A DNA stretch of 52,694 nt from a virus (IMGVR_UViG_3300037882_000444:1-52694), one strand, 5' to 3'; shown: positions 36,285-47,092, counted from the first letter of the stretch. The notes: generated by a model from the letters alone, not told the origin. A program made the numbers and translations.

Positions 36285-37067
36285 ATGGGATGCCCTGTAA
36301 CACCACTTTCTTGTCTTGAACCATCGAATATTTTCGCTGGTGTATATAATCCTCATTGTGGAGGATTTGCAGACCCATCCAACTTCCAAGCTGAACGTGC
36401 TATCTTGGGAAGTATGTATCAGGAGTTGATTAACAACTATGGAGTTGAAATGAACTACTATGTTAATGGATTCAACCTCTCAGCAATGAATCTATTGTAT
36501 GGAGAACATCCAACACAAGAATACACTGGTCCATTCGTGATCAAAGCATATCTCGAACTAGAAGAATCCATATCATTATCACAATTCGGGATGAATGCCG
36601 ATGATACTTTGACAGCTTACATTGCAATCAAAGATTTCACAAACCTATTCGCTTTATCTGCTTATATATTCTCTGCTAATGGTCAGAGAATAGAGCCGAA
36701 GTCTGATGATTTACTTGAAATCACTGCTTTAGGTTGTGATAGACCCGGAACTCGCGGACCTAAGATTTTCCGTGTCACTGAAGTATTAGATCAAGATGTT
36801 GCGGGAGGTATCAATCCATTTATGGGACACTATATCTGGAAAATCTCAGCGAAACGCTACGAAACCTCTTACGAGACAAATGCTCCTATGGAACTTGGAA
36901 ATGATCAAGTATATGATAACACATTTAGTGGTAAACTATCCTCTATTCTGTTCCCATCTCTCTCAACTGAAGAGAAAGTATATCCGGGTAATGCTGATGA
37001 ATTAAGTCAAGAGACTGTATATGATATGAGTGTCAATGACACCAATATCTACGGAACCTACTATTAA
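36285..37067 (+). CDS. Neck / head-closure protein (gp14-like)
   Basis: QELINNYGVEMNYY, LLYGEHP, LSQFGM..DD, PKSDDLL. Confidence 0.7.
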   Translation: MGCPVTPLSCLEPSNIFAGVYNPHCGGFADPSNFQAERAILGSMYQELINNYGVEMNYYVNGFNLSAMNLLYGEHPTQEYTGPFVIKAYLELEESISLSQFGMNADDTLTAYIAIKDFTNLFALSAYIFSANGQRIEPKSDDLLEITALGCDRPGTRGPKIFRVTEVLDQDVAGGINPFMGHYIWKISAKRYETSYETNAPMELGNDQVYDNTFSGKLSSILFPSLSTEEKVYPGNADELSQETVYDMSVNDTNIYGTYY

Positions 37068-38002
37068 AATTGTAAAGATCCAAAGTCTGTAGTAGTTACT
37101 GTATATCCAGTGGAAATTCCTGATGATAAATCCACTAGTCTAATTAATTCATTTATAAATCTCACATGAGAGTCCTTATAGATTATAGACACCCCATAAT
37201 TTCCATTAGTCACTATACCAAACAGATATAAATTATCATTTATTAAAGTAAATGCTGGTGTTCCAGAGTCTCCAACAAATACCTCATAATAATACGAATA
37301 AATATCTGGTGAAGGATGTTTTTTATCATAAAATGACCCATCACCAGATATTACATCCTTTACTTGATAAGCCCAATTATTGCCCATATATAATCTTTGG
37401 GGGTCAGTAGACCCAGCGTTTGTTCCTTGTGATATACTTATGGTAGGTAGAACCTTTCCTGATGTTCTACTATTACCCGAAGTTATATATGTAGAGTGTT
37501 CACCAAACTGTATTATTGAGAATATGTGAACCCATTCTGGCAACTCATCATTCAGAAGAAATACTTCCAAATCGTATGAATTACCTTCAAATGACATATA
37601 TCCAGAAGTGGGATATTGGTCTATGATAGTAGTTTCGAAATATTCCCCAACACCACCTCCACCATCCTTTATAAATCGAACAGTTTTTCCTATAAAAGAA
37701 TCTGGCCAATGAGCGCAATTTAATAAATGTCTTCTAGTAATGGCTACACCCCCCGCGCCTTGCCCCCATCCACCGTTTTTATATTCAACATGTCCAGTTA
37801 GTTGAGATCTTAAATCATCAGCCCAAAGTAGGGGACTCCTACTAACAGTATTGAGATATGGGTCACCCACCCACATATTAATAGCACTGAGGGGATCTTT
37901 ACCAGTAGTTCTACTAGTAATTTGGTCGATGGTATGATCTATATACCTCTCAACCTTCATCCTTTTATTGGATCTTTGAGATATGGCTGATAATAATGAC
38001 AT
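37064..38002 (-). CDS. Trypsin-like serine protease
   Basis: Catalytic triad motifs in order: LLNCAHW, YDLEVFLL, GDSGTP. Confidence 0.8.
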   Translation of the reverse strand: MSLLSAISQRSNKRMKVERYIDHTIDQITSRTTGKDPLSAINMWVGDPYLNTVSRSPLLWADDLRSQLTGHVEYKNGGWGQGAGGVAITRRHLLNCAHWPDSFIGKTVRFIKDGGGGVGEYFETTIIDQYPTSGYMSFEGNSYDLEVFLLNDELPEWVHIFSIIQFGEHSTYITSGNSRTSGKVLPTISISQGTNAGSTDPQRLYMGNNWAYQVKDVISGDGSFYDKKHPSPDIYSYYYEVFVGDSGTPAFTLINDNLYLFGIVTNGNYGVSIIYKDSHVRFINELIRLVDLSSGISTGYTVTTTDFGSLQF

Positions 38003-38003
38003 A

Positions 38004-38738
38004 TTATGCTAATCTTAACCATACACCATTACCAGATGTTCGAACACACTGAAATGCATATGATTCATTTGAATTTGCAGTAGTTAAAGGTGTTCCAAGG
38101 AAGGAACCCCCACCACTAACTGATACGGTTAAGGTTGTTATGTTTTGACTTGTCCAGAATGTTTTGATTTGTCCAACTCTTGCAGTATTAACCTTTGGCA
38201 AGGACCAACTTAATGCGGATAGTGAAGAAGTTGGTAGAATGACGAGCGATTCATCATAGTATGGACGAGACACTACTGTTTGGCTGTTTATGGCTGATAA
38301 TATGGTCACCAATGCATTAGTTGCAGCTTCATTTGCGCTATAACTACCACCTCCAGTATAATCATTATATAATTGAATATTGGTTCCACTCCAGTCAAGT
38401 AATGGTGTTGCAACTGTATTACTTAATTGCCTATTAGACACCCCAATCGAAGAAATTCCACTAAAATCACTAAATGTATTCTCGTTGCTCGTATAAAGTG
38501 TAATTCCTCCTTGTTGAACACTTATAGTCCCGCTTTCTACTAATATTTTAGATGATTCATCTCCTAGTGTGATACTTGGACCAGATAAAACAACAGTTCC
38601 GGTGTTTCTTATATCATAATTATTAACAAATAATGAACTCACAGATACAATATTATTGGTCCCACCTTGAACTATTGGAATTATAGCATTTGGGCTTGCA
38701 CTAGGAAGCAGGGTAAATTGGGAAATTTTTAAGTCCAT
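38004..38738 (-). CDS. Putative tail fibre/appendage protein
   Basis: N-terminal KISQF...IPIVQGG motif; Ser/Thr-rich and beta-rich. Confidence 0.55.
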   Translation of the reverse strand: MDLKISQFTLLPSASPNAIIPIVQGGTNNIVSVSSLFVNNYDIRNTGTVVLSGPSITLGDESSKILVESGTISVQQGGITLYTSNENTFSDFSGISSIGVSNRQLSNTVATPLLDWSGTNIQLYNDYTGGGSYSANEAATNALVTILSAINSQTVVSRPYYDESLVILPTSSLSALSWSLPKVNTARVGQIKTFWTSQNITTLTVSVSGGGSFLGTPLTTANSNESYAFQCVRTSGNGVWLRLA

Positions 38739-38749
38739 TATAATAGTAT

Positions 38750-40969
38750 TTAATATATCAGAGATAACGATGCATATAATGTATCTACAAACATGTGTTC
38801 TTTTATCCCATCCAACTCATTCAAATCTTCACCAGTTGTGAGGAACGGAATTGATGTCTTTGGATTATCAAAATCGACAACTCCATCCAAAATGGTATTG
38901 TCATATTGGTCAACAAAGTCGAAGAATAAGTAGTATTTTTCAATTTCATCGAAGTTTAGGGTTACTGGTAATACCAATGGCCAACCCCAATCAGTTGTGA
39001 ATGAGGATAGAGGATAGATATGTGATCCTGTGGCTGATATTGGTTGATATGTGTTCAGTAGAGTGTATTCATTGGAGAATTTTTCCAATGCAACAATTGG
39101 TGTATTGGAGCTGATGACATAAGTTGTTGTATCAAGCTTGTCTCCAATGTTTGTTCCATATATTGTCTTACTTGATCTACCTTTAACGTCAAAGTTCTCT
39201 CTGAATTTATTCTCGTATCCAAGAAGTTTGATTTTGTCGATGGATAGAAGATCAACCAGTCTCTTAACCTTGACTGGATAGATGTATTTCTCTTCATACA
39301 CGTCATTGTATCCCATGAATTCACCCATAGAGTCCAACGCATCAATTGTGCTGTGGTCTATATCTTGAGTGTTTTGAACAAAGTTCGCACTTGCTTCATA
39401 AGTCTTAATTCCGATGTCTTCGTGCTCTGTCGAGTCACCACCAAGAATACCACCAAAGAAGTCATCAAACAGAACTGTCTTATCTAGTAGAATTTCTTGG
39501 AATCTAAGGTCTTTTAGGGTTTGAGCAGCATTGAAGTCTTCGTTCTTCTTATACATGTCGAAGTAGTTCGTAGGATATACGTTGAAGTAGTTCGAACTAC
39601 CTTCAAGATACCAAGAATTACCTTGATCATCAACAAGAGTGGCATTGAAGTCCATTCTCACATTTTGCGTTAAATCTTCCAACTCTGGGAATGTAACAAA
39701 TCCTCTAAATGAACCTCCAGTTGACTGTGCAGACAACGTATAGTTCAATGATGATATTGAGTATGCTGAATTAGAAAGTGTGTATGCAGTTCCATTAGCA
39801 TATATCTCATTTCCTAGCTCATCCAGAAGGAATTCCCCCAATTCAGTAGTTAGCACTACATCGACAGTTGTCGTTAAAGTGTAGTTTAAAGATGATAGTT
39901 GGATTGTATCAAAATTCTTGATACTGAAGTCCAAATAGTCCTTAATCTTGATTACAAAGGGTATCTTCGTGTTGTAAAATTTTATAGGTGCAATCTCGAA
40001 TGAGTCAACAGGGAATCCTTCACCGTCAAGACCATTAGATGTCACACTTAGTCTCACCGGAACATTTTCAACAACTCGGGCAGATAGAGTTATCCCCAAA
40101 TTATTCAAATAGTTGAAATTGGTGTTGTATGGGTGCTTATATTTGGTCTTATCGAATGATAGATAAACCAGCAATGAATCAGTGATATTATCTTCTTTGA
40201 TATAGCACAGTTTAGTCCCTGATAGACCAGCATAGCATGAGTTGTCATCACTACTTAAACATTGAACAATGGTCGTTCCATCAAGCTTCAAGAATATTGG
40301 ATTCTGAGTAGCTGTGATCTTCGGAATTTCGGAATACTGATAAGATGACAGAGTGTAATTATAGATCTGCTCATAAAACACATTAAAAGATTCCAAATGT
40401 GCATATTTATTATCGTCAATGTCCCACCAATTCAAGCTATCACTGTTATAAATATCATAGTAAATATCCAATGCTGGTTGATAGCTTGGGAAATATGTGT
40501 TGAATTGGATCGGTGATGATATTTGACCAGCAGATAGTAATATAAGATTACTATCTCTTTCCAACAAGGTGTAGCTTCCATCCTCCAATAGTATGAAGTC
40601 TCCACCTTCTGTAAGAGTATAGCTACCGTCTGGGTCTAACACAAACCCCATAAATGTTACATCGAAAGTTAGAGGGATGTAGTCATAGATTTGGATAGTC
40701 TTAGTGACTGATGATATCATTGCATTGTTATTGCAATCATATTGAATGAGAGAGACAGTATAAATACCGGGGAACTCGTAAAACTTGGAAGCTGAGAATG
40801 ATTTTGCAATCGTTCCATCACCGAAGTCCCAAACCATTTTATGATTTATAGAATCTTCCAGATCTGGAATGAATATAAATGGAGTGATGGACAAGGCATA
40901 AGAAGATAAGGAATCTACTCCCTTATAATCTATAGCACTGAATGCTAGGTATGTAGTTGAATTACTCAT
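38750..40969 (-). CDS. PKD-domain baseplate-associated structural protein
   Basis: WDFGDGT...PGIYTVSL; coupled to the gp6-like gene. Confidence 0.7.
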   Translation of the reverse strand: MSNSTTYLAFSAIDYKGVDSLSSYALSITPFIFIPDLEDSINHKMVWDFGDGTIAKSFSASKFYEFPGIYTVSLIQYDCNNNAMISSVTKTIQIYDYIPLTFDVTFMGFVLDPDGSYTLTEGGDFILLEDGSYTLLERDSNLILLSAGQISSPIQFNTYFPSYQPALDIYYDIYNSDSLNWWDIDDNKYAHLESFNVFYEQIYNYTLSSYQYSEIPKITATQNPIFLKLDGTTIVQCLSSDDNSCYAGLSGTKLCYIKEDNITDSLLVYLSFDKTKYKHPYNTNFNYLNNLGITLSARVVENVPVRLSVTSNGLDGEGFPVDSFEIAPIKFYNTKIPFVIKIKDYLDFSIKNFDTIQLSSLNYTLTTTVDVVLTTELGEFLLDELGNEIYANGTAYTLSNSAYSISSLNYTLSAQSTGGSFRGFVTFPELEDLTQNVRMDFNATLVDDQGNSWYLEGSSNYFNVYPTNYFDMYKKNEDFNAAQTLKDLRFQEILLDKTVLFDDFFGGILGGDSTEHEDIGIKTYEASANFVQNTQDIDHSTIDALDSMGEFMGYNDVYEEKYIYPVKVKRLVDLLSIDKIKLLGYENKFRENFDVKGRSSKTIYGTNIGDKLDTTTYVISSNTPIVALEKFSNEYTLLNTYQPISATGSHIYPLSSFTTDWGWPLVLPVTLNFDEIEKYYLFFDFVDQYDNTILDGVVDFDNPKTSIPFLTTGEDLNELDGIKEHMFVDTLYASLSLIY

Positions 40970-42773
40970 CTATGACTTCGATTTTATTAATTAGTCCATT
41001 AGGAGCATATAGATAGGGAAATTTGAAATATTCAAGAGTCGTGTTTTGGTTCAGTAGAGCTTCATCGACACCTTCAAATAATGGGTTCCAAGTTACGAAT
41101 GAGATACCATCGTATTGAATTCCACTGCTTGTATTTTTGGTCTTTAGAGATTTGATTCCACGAATGCTAAGAATACCAGAAGTTATTTCACTGATGTCGA
41201 TCTTCTGTCCAAGTTTTATATTCTTCGGACTGAAGTAGTTTACGATGTAAGTCAGCACTTGTTGTTTTAACAAGTCTTTATTGATCTTCTCATTCTTCTC
41301 TCTAACCACAACCAATTTGGTAACATCCTTAACGTCCTTAGACTCCAAGGTATTGTCGAAACCTAGATCGAATGCAACATAGATCGGATCTCTTGGGATT
41401 ACATCATTACTGATCATCTTCTTATCCTTGGTTAAGGATACAATTTGGTTTTTGAAGCTGTTACTTAGGAAGTCTGGGTATTGACCATCGGAAGTCAGAT
41501 TGAATGATGGCACACAGAATACGTTAATGTTGTTGAAGTCGCAAGGATCTGCAAAGTTGACTTGGTTTAAGATAACTCTGTTTACTTTGTTCGGATCTAC
41601 GCAGATATCATAGAAGTATTGAATGTATCCTGACATATAGGTGTCATTATCAACAACCTTGATATCGTTTAGAACAGTTGGGATACTCTTCTTCAAGAAT
41701 TTTTCATAATCAGACTCAGTTACCAATCTTACTTGTGTTGACAAGAAGGTTGGAGTGTTTTCTCTGATTTGGTCAACAGTCTCAGCTTCATAGATGAGTG
41801 TTGAGTTGGAAGTGTTGGTGAAGATTAGGTTTGAGTTGTTTGTAGTGTCGATCTGAGTTGAGATTGAGCTATTAACGTCAGCATAGATCTCTTCAAACTG
41901 TCTGCTTGAGTAGATAAACAACTTATTTCCATTGATTGTGTTCTTACTGATCAATCCTTTGTCTCCATCGGAGAGAATATAGGTAATAACAACCTCATCA
42001 GAGGCATCAAGTCGTCTTCCAAAGATACCATTACCAAATTTCACCTCATAATGTCCGTTTTCATTCAAACGGATGTCGAATACCTTGTCTGTTGAGCTAG
42101 AAAGGAACAAACTCTCCACTTCTGAGTATTCATACCATAGATCAGTGTTCACTTCCTTAACATATACACTAATAGACCCATGAGAGATGAACCTAGTGTC
42201 ACCTGAATCAACTAAGTTGTCGATTATGATAGGGAAAGACTCATATTCGGCACCTTCAGCAGTATATGTAGGATATTCACCCACTGTTCCTTGATATAGG
42301 ATAGCAGATTCGGCTAAAGAGTCGATAGTTTCCTCTCCTGTGCCTACTTTGTCGAAGGAATGGTCATTATTGAAGGTATATTGGATATTATCGACCAAAA
42401 AGTAGCTATACTTCCTGATATTGTAGTTTCCGGGTGCCAAATTGGACGAAGCAACACAATTGATAGGTGCTAGGGAGGTTTGACGACCTGTAGGCTTATA
42501 TCCGATCAGTTTAACGATCTTATTCATGTTTTCATAGATCGTAGCCTGAGAAAACATCGATTCTGCTGATGTTTGGTTCAAATAGAACATCAGAACGTGT
42601 GTATAATACGCCAAAACGTCAAGAATAGCTGAAATATTGCTACCTTCATAGTTCTGATCAGTAAAAACTCCCCCTTCGTTGAGTCTTTCGATCATAAACG
42701 ACCTCAATGACACAGCATCGAAGTTGACGTATGCATTTTGAGGTAGGTTGAACTCCAAATTTTGATTATCCAC
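40962..42773 (-). CDS. Baseplate wedge protein (gp6-like)
   Basis: FTDQNYEGSNISAILDVLAY, LIGYKP, FGNGIFG, ETVDQIR, RLVTESDY. Confidence 0.9.
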   Translation of the reverse strand: MDNQNLEFNLPQNAYVNFDAVSLRSFMIERLNEGGVFTDQNYEGSNISAILDVLAYYTHVLMFYLNQTSAESMFSQATIYENMNKIVKLIGYKPTGRQTSLAPINCVASSNLAPGNYNIRKYSYFLVDNIQYTFNNDHSFDKVGTGEETIDSLAESAILYQGTVGEYPTYTAEGAEYESFPIIIDNLVDSGDTRFISHGSISVYVKEVNTDLWYEYSEVESLFLSSSTDKVFDIRLNENGHYEVKFGNGIFGRRLDASDEVVITYILSDGDKGLISKNTINGNKLFIYSSRQFEEIYADVNSSISTQIDTTNNSNLIFTNTSNSTLIYEAETVDQIRENTPTFLSTQVRLVTESDYEKFLKKSIPTVLNDIKVVDNDTYMSGYIQYFYDICVDPNKVNRVILNQVNFADPCDFNNINVFCVPSFNLTSDGQYPDFLSNSFKNQIVSLTKDKKMISNDVIPRDPIYVAFDLGFDNTLESKDVKDVTKLVVVREKNEKINKDLLKQQVLTYIVNYFSPKNIKLGQKIDISEITSGILSIRGIKSLKTKNTSSGIQYDGISFVTWNPLFEGVDEALLNQNTTLEYFKFPYLYAPNGLINKIEVIDE

Positions 42774-42785
42774 AACTATATTTAA

Positions 42786-43271
42786 TTACACGATGGAATA
42801 ACCAGTGGAATTCAATTCAGTTTTTATAGATAATCCTTTGATATCAAGAGATGGGACGTTTATCTGTAGAGTAATGGTGATTGTGTTCTGATCTTCGAAG
42901 CCTAGAACCTCTACATTCTCTACTGTGATCCTTGGTTCCATCCTTGGAAGTTGATTTGATATCAGATCTTCGAGAATATCAATCAAGAAGTCATCAATTG
43001 GTTCAAATAGATACTGTCGAAGATCCATTCCGTATGTCGGAGAGAGAATTTTATCACCCGGAGCAGTCAAGAACGCAGTAACTATACTGTTCTTCACAGC
43101 CTCAACATCATAAAAGGCTGCAAGATCTTTTAGATACTCCCTTTTGTTGAGTTGCTTGTTGAGATATACATCTTGAGCTAAGTCCAACGCCAAGTCTTTG
43201 TATAGATAATCCTTTTTCAAGGATTTCTCAGTCAACTTATCAGACTTTAGCGATGTTATCTTAATACTCAC
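42786..43271 (-). CDS. Baseplate wedge protein (gp25-like)
   Basis: AVKNSI..LTAPGDK..PTYGMDLRQYLFEP..EPRI. Confidence 0.9.
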   Translation of the reverse strand: MSIKITSLKSDKLTEKSLKKDYLYKDLALDLAQDVYLNKQLNKREYLKDLAAFYDVEAVKNSIVTAFLTAPGDKILSPTYGMDLRQYLFEPIDDFLIDILEDLISNQLPRMEPRITVENVEVLGFEDQNTITITLQINVPSLDIKGLSIKTELNSTGYSIV

Positions 43272-43272
43272 C

Positions 43273-44883
43273 TTAATATTTAGGGCGTTTGATACTATTC
43301 AAAATTTCCATAGTATCAATCATGAAATCATCGATATCATAATGGTTTTCGATAAGAATTCTACTAGCAAATGAATCAAATGACTCATTTCTTGGTTTGA
43401 ATCTCTTCAAGTCAGCATCAATAGATGATAGCAACTGACTATAATTGTTAAATCCGCTTCGTGACACAGACCATGGACGACTCAACATACTTATAATGTT
43501 GTTCTTAGACTGAGTTGGAAGGGCAAGACCCATAATCATAGTTTGAAGCTTCTGTTTCTCTGCTGGATTGTTCCAAGAAGTCACCGAATCCGCAGAAGTT
43601 GTTTTCTTGCTGTCGATATAGTTCTTGAGTTCACCATAAGAATCCTTGTGCTCATCACTTTCGATACCAGAATCAATTTGAAATGCTTTCTTGAGGTTCA
43701 GACTGTTGTAGATTCTAAGTAGAACCATGAATGGAAGTCTATTACGATCTCTCATCTTGGAAATGTTGACGTTTTTATCCAATGCTTTACCAGCATCGAA
43801 GTCAACATCTTCATATTGACGTTTGAATCTCTCAAGATAACCCAAAACTGGATTGATATTCTCGTCATCAGAAGCTAGAGCATCTAAACGGGCAATATTA
43901 TCTTGAACCTTTTGTGGATTAACATCATCCCAATTGATTTGACTGAGTGAATTGACATTTACTGGAGTGTTTAGTTTGGATCTATGCTCATCGGCAAGTT
44001 GTTTTGCTGTATATTTTACCAAATCAACAAATCCATTGACAGCCTTTTCGTTGGCAGTCTCGTTTTTAGTATTGATAGTATTGATACGCTCATACAGAGC
44101 TTCCAACTCTTCAGTTGTCTTCTCTAATTTCTTAGTTCTGTCTTCGAATTTGGTTTCTAAATCGAAGTAAGTAGATTTGATCTTCTCCAACTCGGCAGGT
44201 TTCATAGTTGCCTGACTATACTTGTCGGTAAGTTTGTCGATTCTTTGAGTAAGCTCTCCGATTTCTGTATCGAATTGTGCCTTTCTCTTAGGATCTTTCT
44301 TAATTAGCTTTCTTAGAGAGTTGGCACGACCTTCCAGTTCACCAATCTTGGTAAACATAGCATTCTTCTCAGAAGGTGAGAGTTTGGTTCTGTTGATGAC
44401 AACATCCAAGTCTTTCAATTGTTGTCTGAAACCTTCGAGGTCACTTCTATACTTGGTTTGGTTACGTTCCAGCTTTTCGAGTTGGTTTTCTTCGTCATAT
44501 TTGACTGGAGCACCGTCTTCATCAAATCCTTTGATGTTTTTATAGGAATCTAAGCCAGCATCAAACACTTTACCAATTTTCTTAACTTGTTTGTCGAAAA
44601 AGTCGTCATTGAGTAATAGACCAATACTTCCCATCATGGATTTCCACAACTTTGACTCAGTTGCAGCACCACTTTTACCACTCATTAGTGATGGATCGAA
44701 CTCCCAACGAGACATTGGAGTTTGGGTTTCTGGATTATCATTCTTACCAACAGAACTAGAAGAGAATTGTGCAGGACCACTCGCAGTTTGTGCTCTGTGG
44801 AATCTGTTTCCTCCTTGACTCTTATTGGAATTGGGTCTAAATCCCGATTCAGAGACTAATCTTACTAGTTTTTCGAACTTCAT
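43273..44883 (-). CDS. Coiled-coil hypothetical protein, putative virion-internal
   Basis: 536 aa, charged coiled coil; MKFEKLVRLVSE N-terminus; late-type promoter. Confidence 0.7.
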   Translation of the reverse strand: MKFEKLVRLVSESGFRPNSNKSQGGNRFHRAQTASGPAQFSSSSVGKNDNPETQTPMSRWEFDPSLMSGKSGAATESKLWKSMMGSIGLLLNDDFFDKQVKKIGKVFDAGLDSYKNIKGFDEDGAPVKYDEENQLEKLERNQTKYRSDLEGFRQQLKDLDVVINRTKLSPSEKNAMFTKIGELEGRANSLRKLIKKDPKRKAQFDTEIGELTQRIDKLTDKYSQATMKPAELEKIKSTYFDLETKFEDRTKKLEKTTEELEALYERINTINTKNETANEKAVNGFVDLVKYTAKQLADEHRSKLNTPVNVNSLSQINWDDVNPQKVQDNIARLDALASDDENINPVLGYLERFKRQYEDVDFDAGKALDKNVNISKMRDRNRLPFMVLLRIYNSLNLKKAFQIDSGIESDEHKDSYGELKNYIDSKKTTSADSVTSWNNPAEKQKLQTMIMGLALPTQSKNNIISMLSRPWSVSRSGFNNYSQLLSSIDADLKRFKPRNESFDSFASRILIENHYDIDDFMIDTMEILNSIKRPKY

Positions 44884-44888
44884 AGTAT

Positions 44889-44912
44889 TATTTATGGAAT
44901 TATCACTAAATA
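44889..44912. promoter_or_regulatory. Divergent pair of late-type promoters
   Basis: TATTTA 44889-44894 (N5 to ATG 44883) and TAAATA 44907-44912 (N5 to ATG 44918). Confidence 0.75.
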
Positions 44913-44917
44913 TGTCT

Positions 44918-45472
44918 ATGGGAAAAAAATTTGACGCTATTTACGAAGCTGTGGTATCCAGATATCAGGTTGGTGGCTATCTACCGGGCGATCTTGTGAA
45001 GTTTCGTCCAAATTATAAATCATCTCCGACGTATAATGCAATGCATTCCGTCATGAAAGCTGAATTAGACGAACTGGCAAACAGTGGACTGAACATTAAA
45101 GTTGTTCAAATCGGAAATAATAAGAGCACAAGCTCTATTGCTTTAGATCACAAACTGGCAAACGATGTAAGTGTTACTATTGCTGGAGATCAAGGTGGTG
45201 GTCGCCACTTCGGTTCTATTACTGTATCACCTGACATGATTGATATCTTATCTGCTTCAGATCCAAGTCCTGCTATTCCAGATCAATTCTACAGAAAAGA
45301 TAATACAAACTATAAACCGGAAGAATATAAGGCTGATCCTAATAATATCACCCGTGTAACCGACAAAGGTAATGGTAAAAATACTCCTACCAATATCAAA
45401 CTAGCTGGAGAATCCGTAAGGATGAAAAGGGACAATGACAACATGGCAATGTTGTATGAACAGATCAACTAA
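44918..45472 (+). CDS. Hypothetical late protein
   Basis: ORF 44825..45472; start moved to ATG 44918 (MGKKFDAIYE). Confidence 0.7.
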   Translation: MGKKFDAIYEAVVSRYQVGGYLPGDLVKFRPNYKSSPTYNAMHSVMKAELDELANSGLNIKVVQIGNNKSTSSIALDHKLANDVSVTIAGDQGGGRHFGSITVSPDMIDILSASDPSPAIPDQFYRKDNTNYKPEEYKADPNNITRVTDKGNGKNTPTNIKLAGESVRMKRDNDNMAMLYEQIN

Positions 45473-45480
45473 ATAACAAT

Positions 45481-46125
45481 ATGTCGAATTACAACAAAAA
45501 AGATATGATGCTTCTAGGTGAAGCTTATGACCTGAGACTTCTTAAAGAGAATGCTCCTAATATGACTCTATCACAAGTTCAGGCTCGTATTGAATTCATG
45601 ACAGAATCCGAAGCTGAGTATATCAATACCGTTCATGAAAGAATTCTTAACGAATTCTGGGGTGGGTTGAAAGCTCTTGGAGGTGCCGCTAAACAAGCTG
45701 GACAAGCTGTTGGTGGTAAGTTAGCTCAGAAGGGTCAAGCAGTCGCTCAGAAGGTCGGACAAGCGGGTTCCGCAGTCGCTCAGAAAGCAAGTCAAGTTGG
45801 TCAAGGTGCTGTAGCTGGAGCAAAACAACTTGCTTCAAATGCACAAGACATTTATCAAACAGGTAATGATTCTGCTAAGTCTGGTGATGCTATTAAAAAA
45901 GCTCAAACTTCTGCTCAACAACTTATTGACTTAGTAACTCAAGCTCAACAAATGGGATTAGTTCAAGCTCAAGGTGCTGTCTCTGATATGACTCTAGCTC
46001 AAATTATTGATGAATTAACTACTGCACAACAATCAGCAGGAACATTCAAACAAGGTGCATTGGATAAAGGATTCACTGGTGGAGTTGCACAAGCAGCTAA
46101 AAAAGGATTCCAAGGACAAGCTTAA
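45481..46125 (+). CDS. Ala/Gln/Gly-rich protein with 11-mer repeats
   Basis: AVAQK repeats at 33-bp period (45739, 45772); TAAATA-N5-ATG upstream. Confidence 0.7.
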   Translation: MSNYNKKDMMLLGEAYDLRLLKENAPNMTLSQVQARIEFMTESEAEYINTVHERILNEFWGGLKALGGAAKQAGQAVGGKLAQKGQAVAQKVGQAGSAVAQKASQVGQGAVAGAKQLASNAQDIYQTGNDSAKSGDAIKKAQTSAQQLIDLVTQAQQMGLVQAQGAVSDMTLAQIIDELTTAQQSAGTFKQGALDKGFTGGVAQAAKKGFQGQA

Positions 46126-46133
46126 TTTTAAAC

Positions 46134-46172
46134 ACAAAAAAGGCGAGGTATTTAATACCTCGCCTTTTTTGT
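46134..46172. terminator. Bidirectional intrinsic terminator
   Basis: ACAAAAAAGGCGAGGTATT-T-AATACCTCGCCTTTTTTGT between convergent genes. Confidence 0.9.
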
Positions 46173-47092
46173 TATACAGTTTCTAGGTTGAGAAGACAAG
46201 CAAAGAAATTAATCTCTTTGTCTATGACTCTTGTAGCTTTATCCAGATGTTCCGCTATAAGAATTATCATATTCTTTTTCGGTAAATCTTCTATAGTTTC
46301 AATATAGATGTGGTTTAATAGATCCACCATCAATTGATCCCAATCTGAATTGAACCTACTCTCATTCTCGATGAGATACTTCCTAGTTTCGAATGATCTA
46401 TTAGCACATACGTTTTCAAAGATCATCTTACATAAACCAGTGTTGTTAATTTGCTCTTTGATTAGAAGAACTTTACCAACACAATTTTTGGATAGCTCTC
46501 CGATACAATCTCTAATATCTGGGAAGAACCTTTTAATCAGTTCGATTGCCAACTTCTTATCATCCTGATTCAGTTCGATCCCCTCACTCTTCAGAATGAA
46601 GAAACATCTCATTACAGCATCTCGCAATGTTGGATTGAGAGAGAAACTTTGACAGCGTGATTGAATGGCTGGACTAATCTTGTGTTTATAGTTACCAGTC
46701 AGAATAAATCTTGCAGTATCAGAATAAGATTCCATTAGGTTTCTCAAACATTTCTGTCCATCCACTGTCAATCCATCTGCTTCATCAAGAATGACAACTT
46801 TGACCTTACCATCTAAACTTTTGGTTTGGACGAATCCAGTTACTTTGGTTCGAATGGTGTCGATACCGTTTTCATCTGATGCATTCAGGTAAAGATAATC
46901 ACAATCTAATATGTCTTGGACTAGGATTCTGGCAAGTGTTGTCTTACCAACACCAGCATTACCTATCAAAAGCAAATGAGGGATCTCTTGCCCCCAATCT
47001 GCAATCTTATCTTTGATCTCTTGGGAGATACACATGTCCTCCAACTTAGTTGGCCTATATTTTTCGATCCAGAGATTGTCGTAATTGCTCAT
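46172..47092 (-). CDS. Sliding clamp loader ATPase subunit (gp44/RFC-like)
   Basis: LWIEKYRP, GNAGVGKTT, LNASDENGID, ILDEAD, SRC motif. Confidence 0.95.
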   Translation of the reverse strand: MSNYDNLWIEKYRPTKLEDMCISQEIKDKIADWGQEIPHLLLIGNAGVGKTTLARILVQDILDCDYLYLNASDENGIDTIRTKVTGFVQTKSLDGKVKVVILDEADGLTVDGQKCLRNLMESYSDTARFILTGNYKHKISPAIQSRCQSFSLNPTLRDAVMRCFFILKSEGIELNQDDKKLAIELIKRFFPDIRDCIGELSKNCVGKVLLIKEQINNTGLCKMIFENVCANRSFETRKYLIENESRFNSDWDQLMVDLLNHIYIETIEDLPKKNMIILIAEHLDKATRVIDKEINFFACLLNLETV

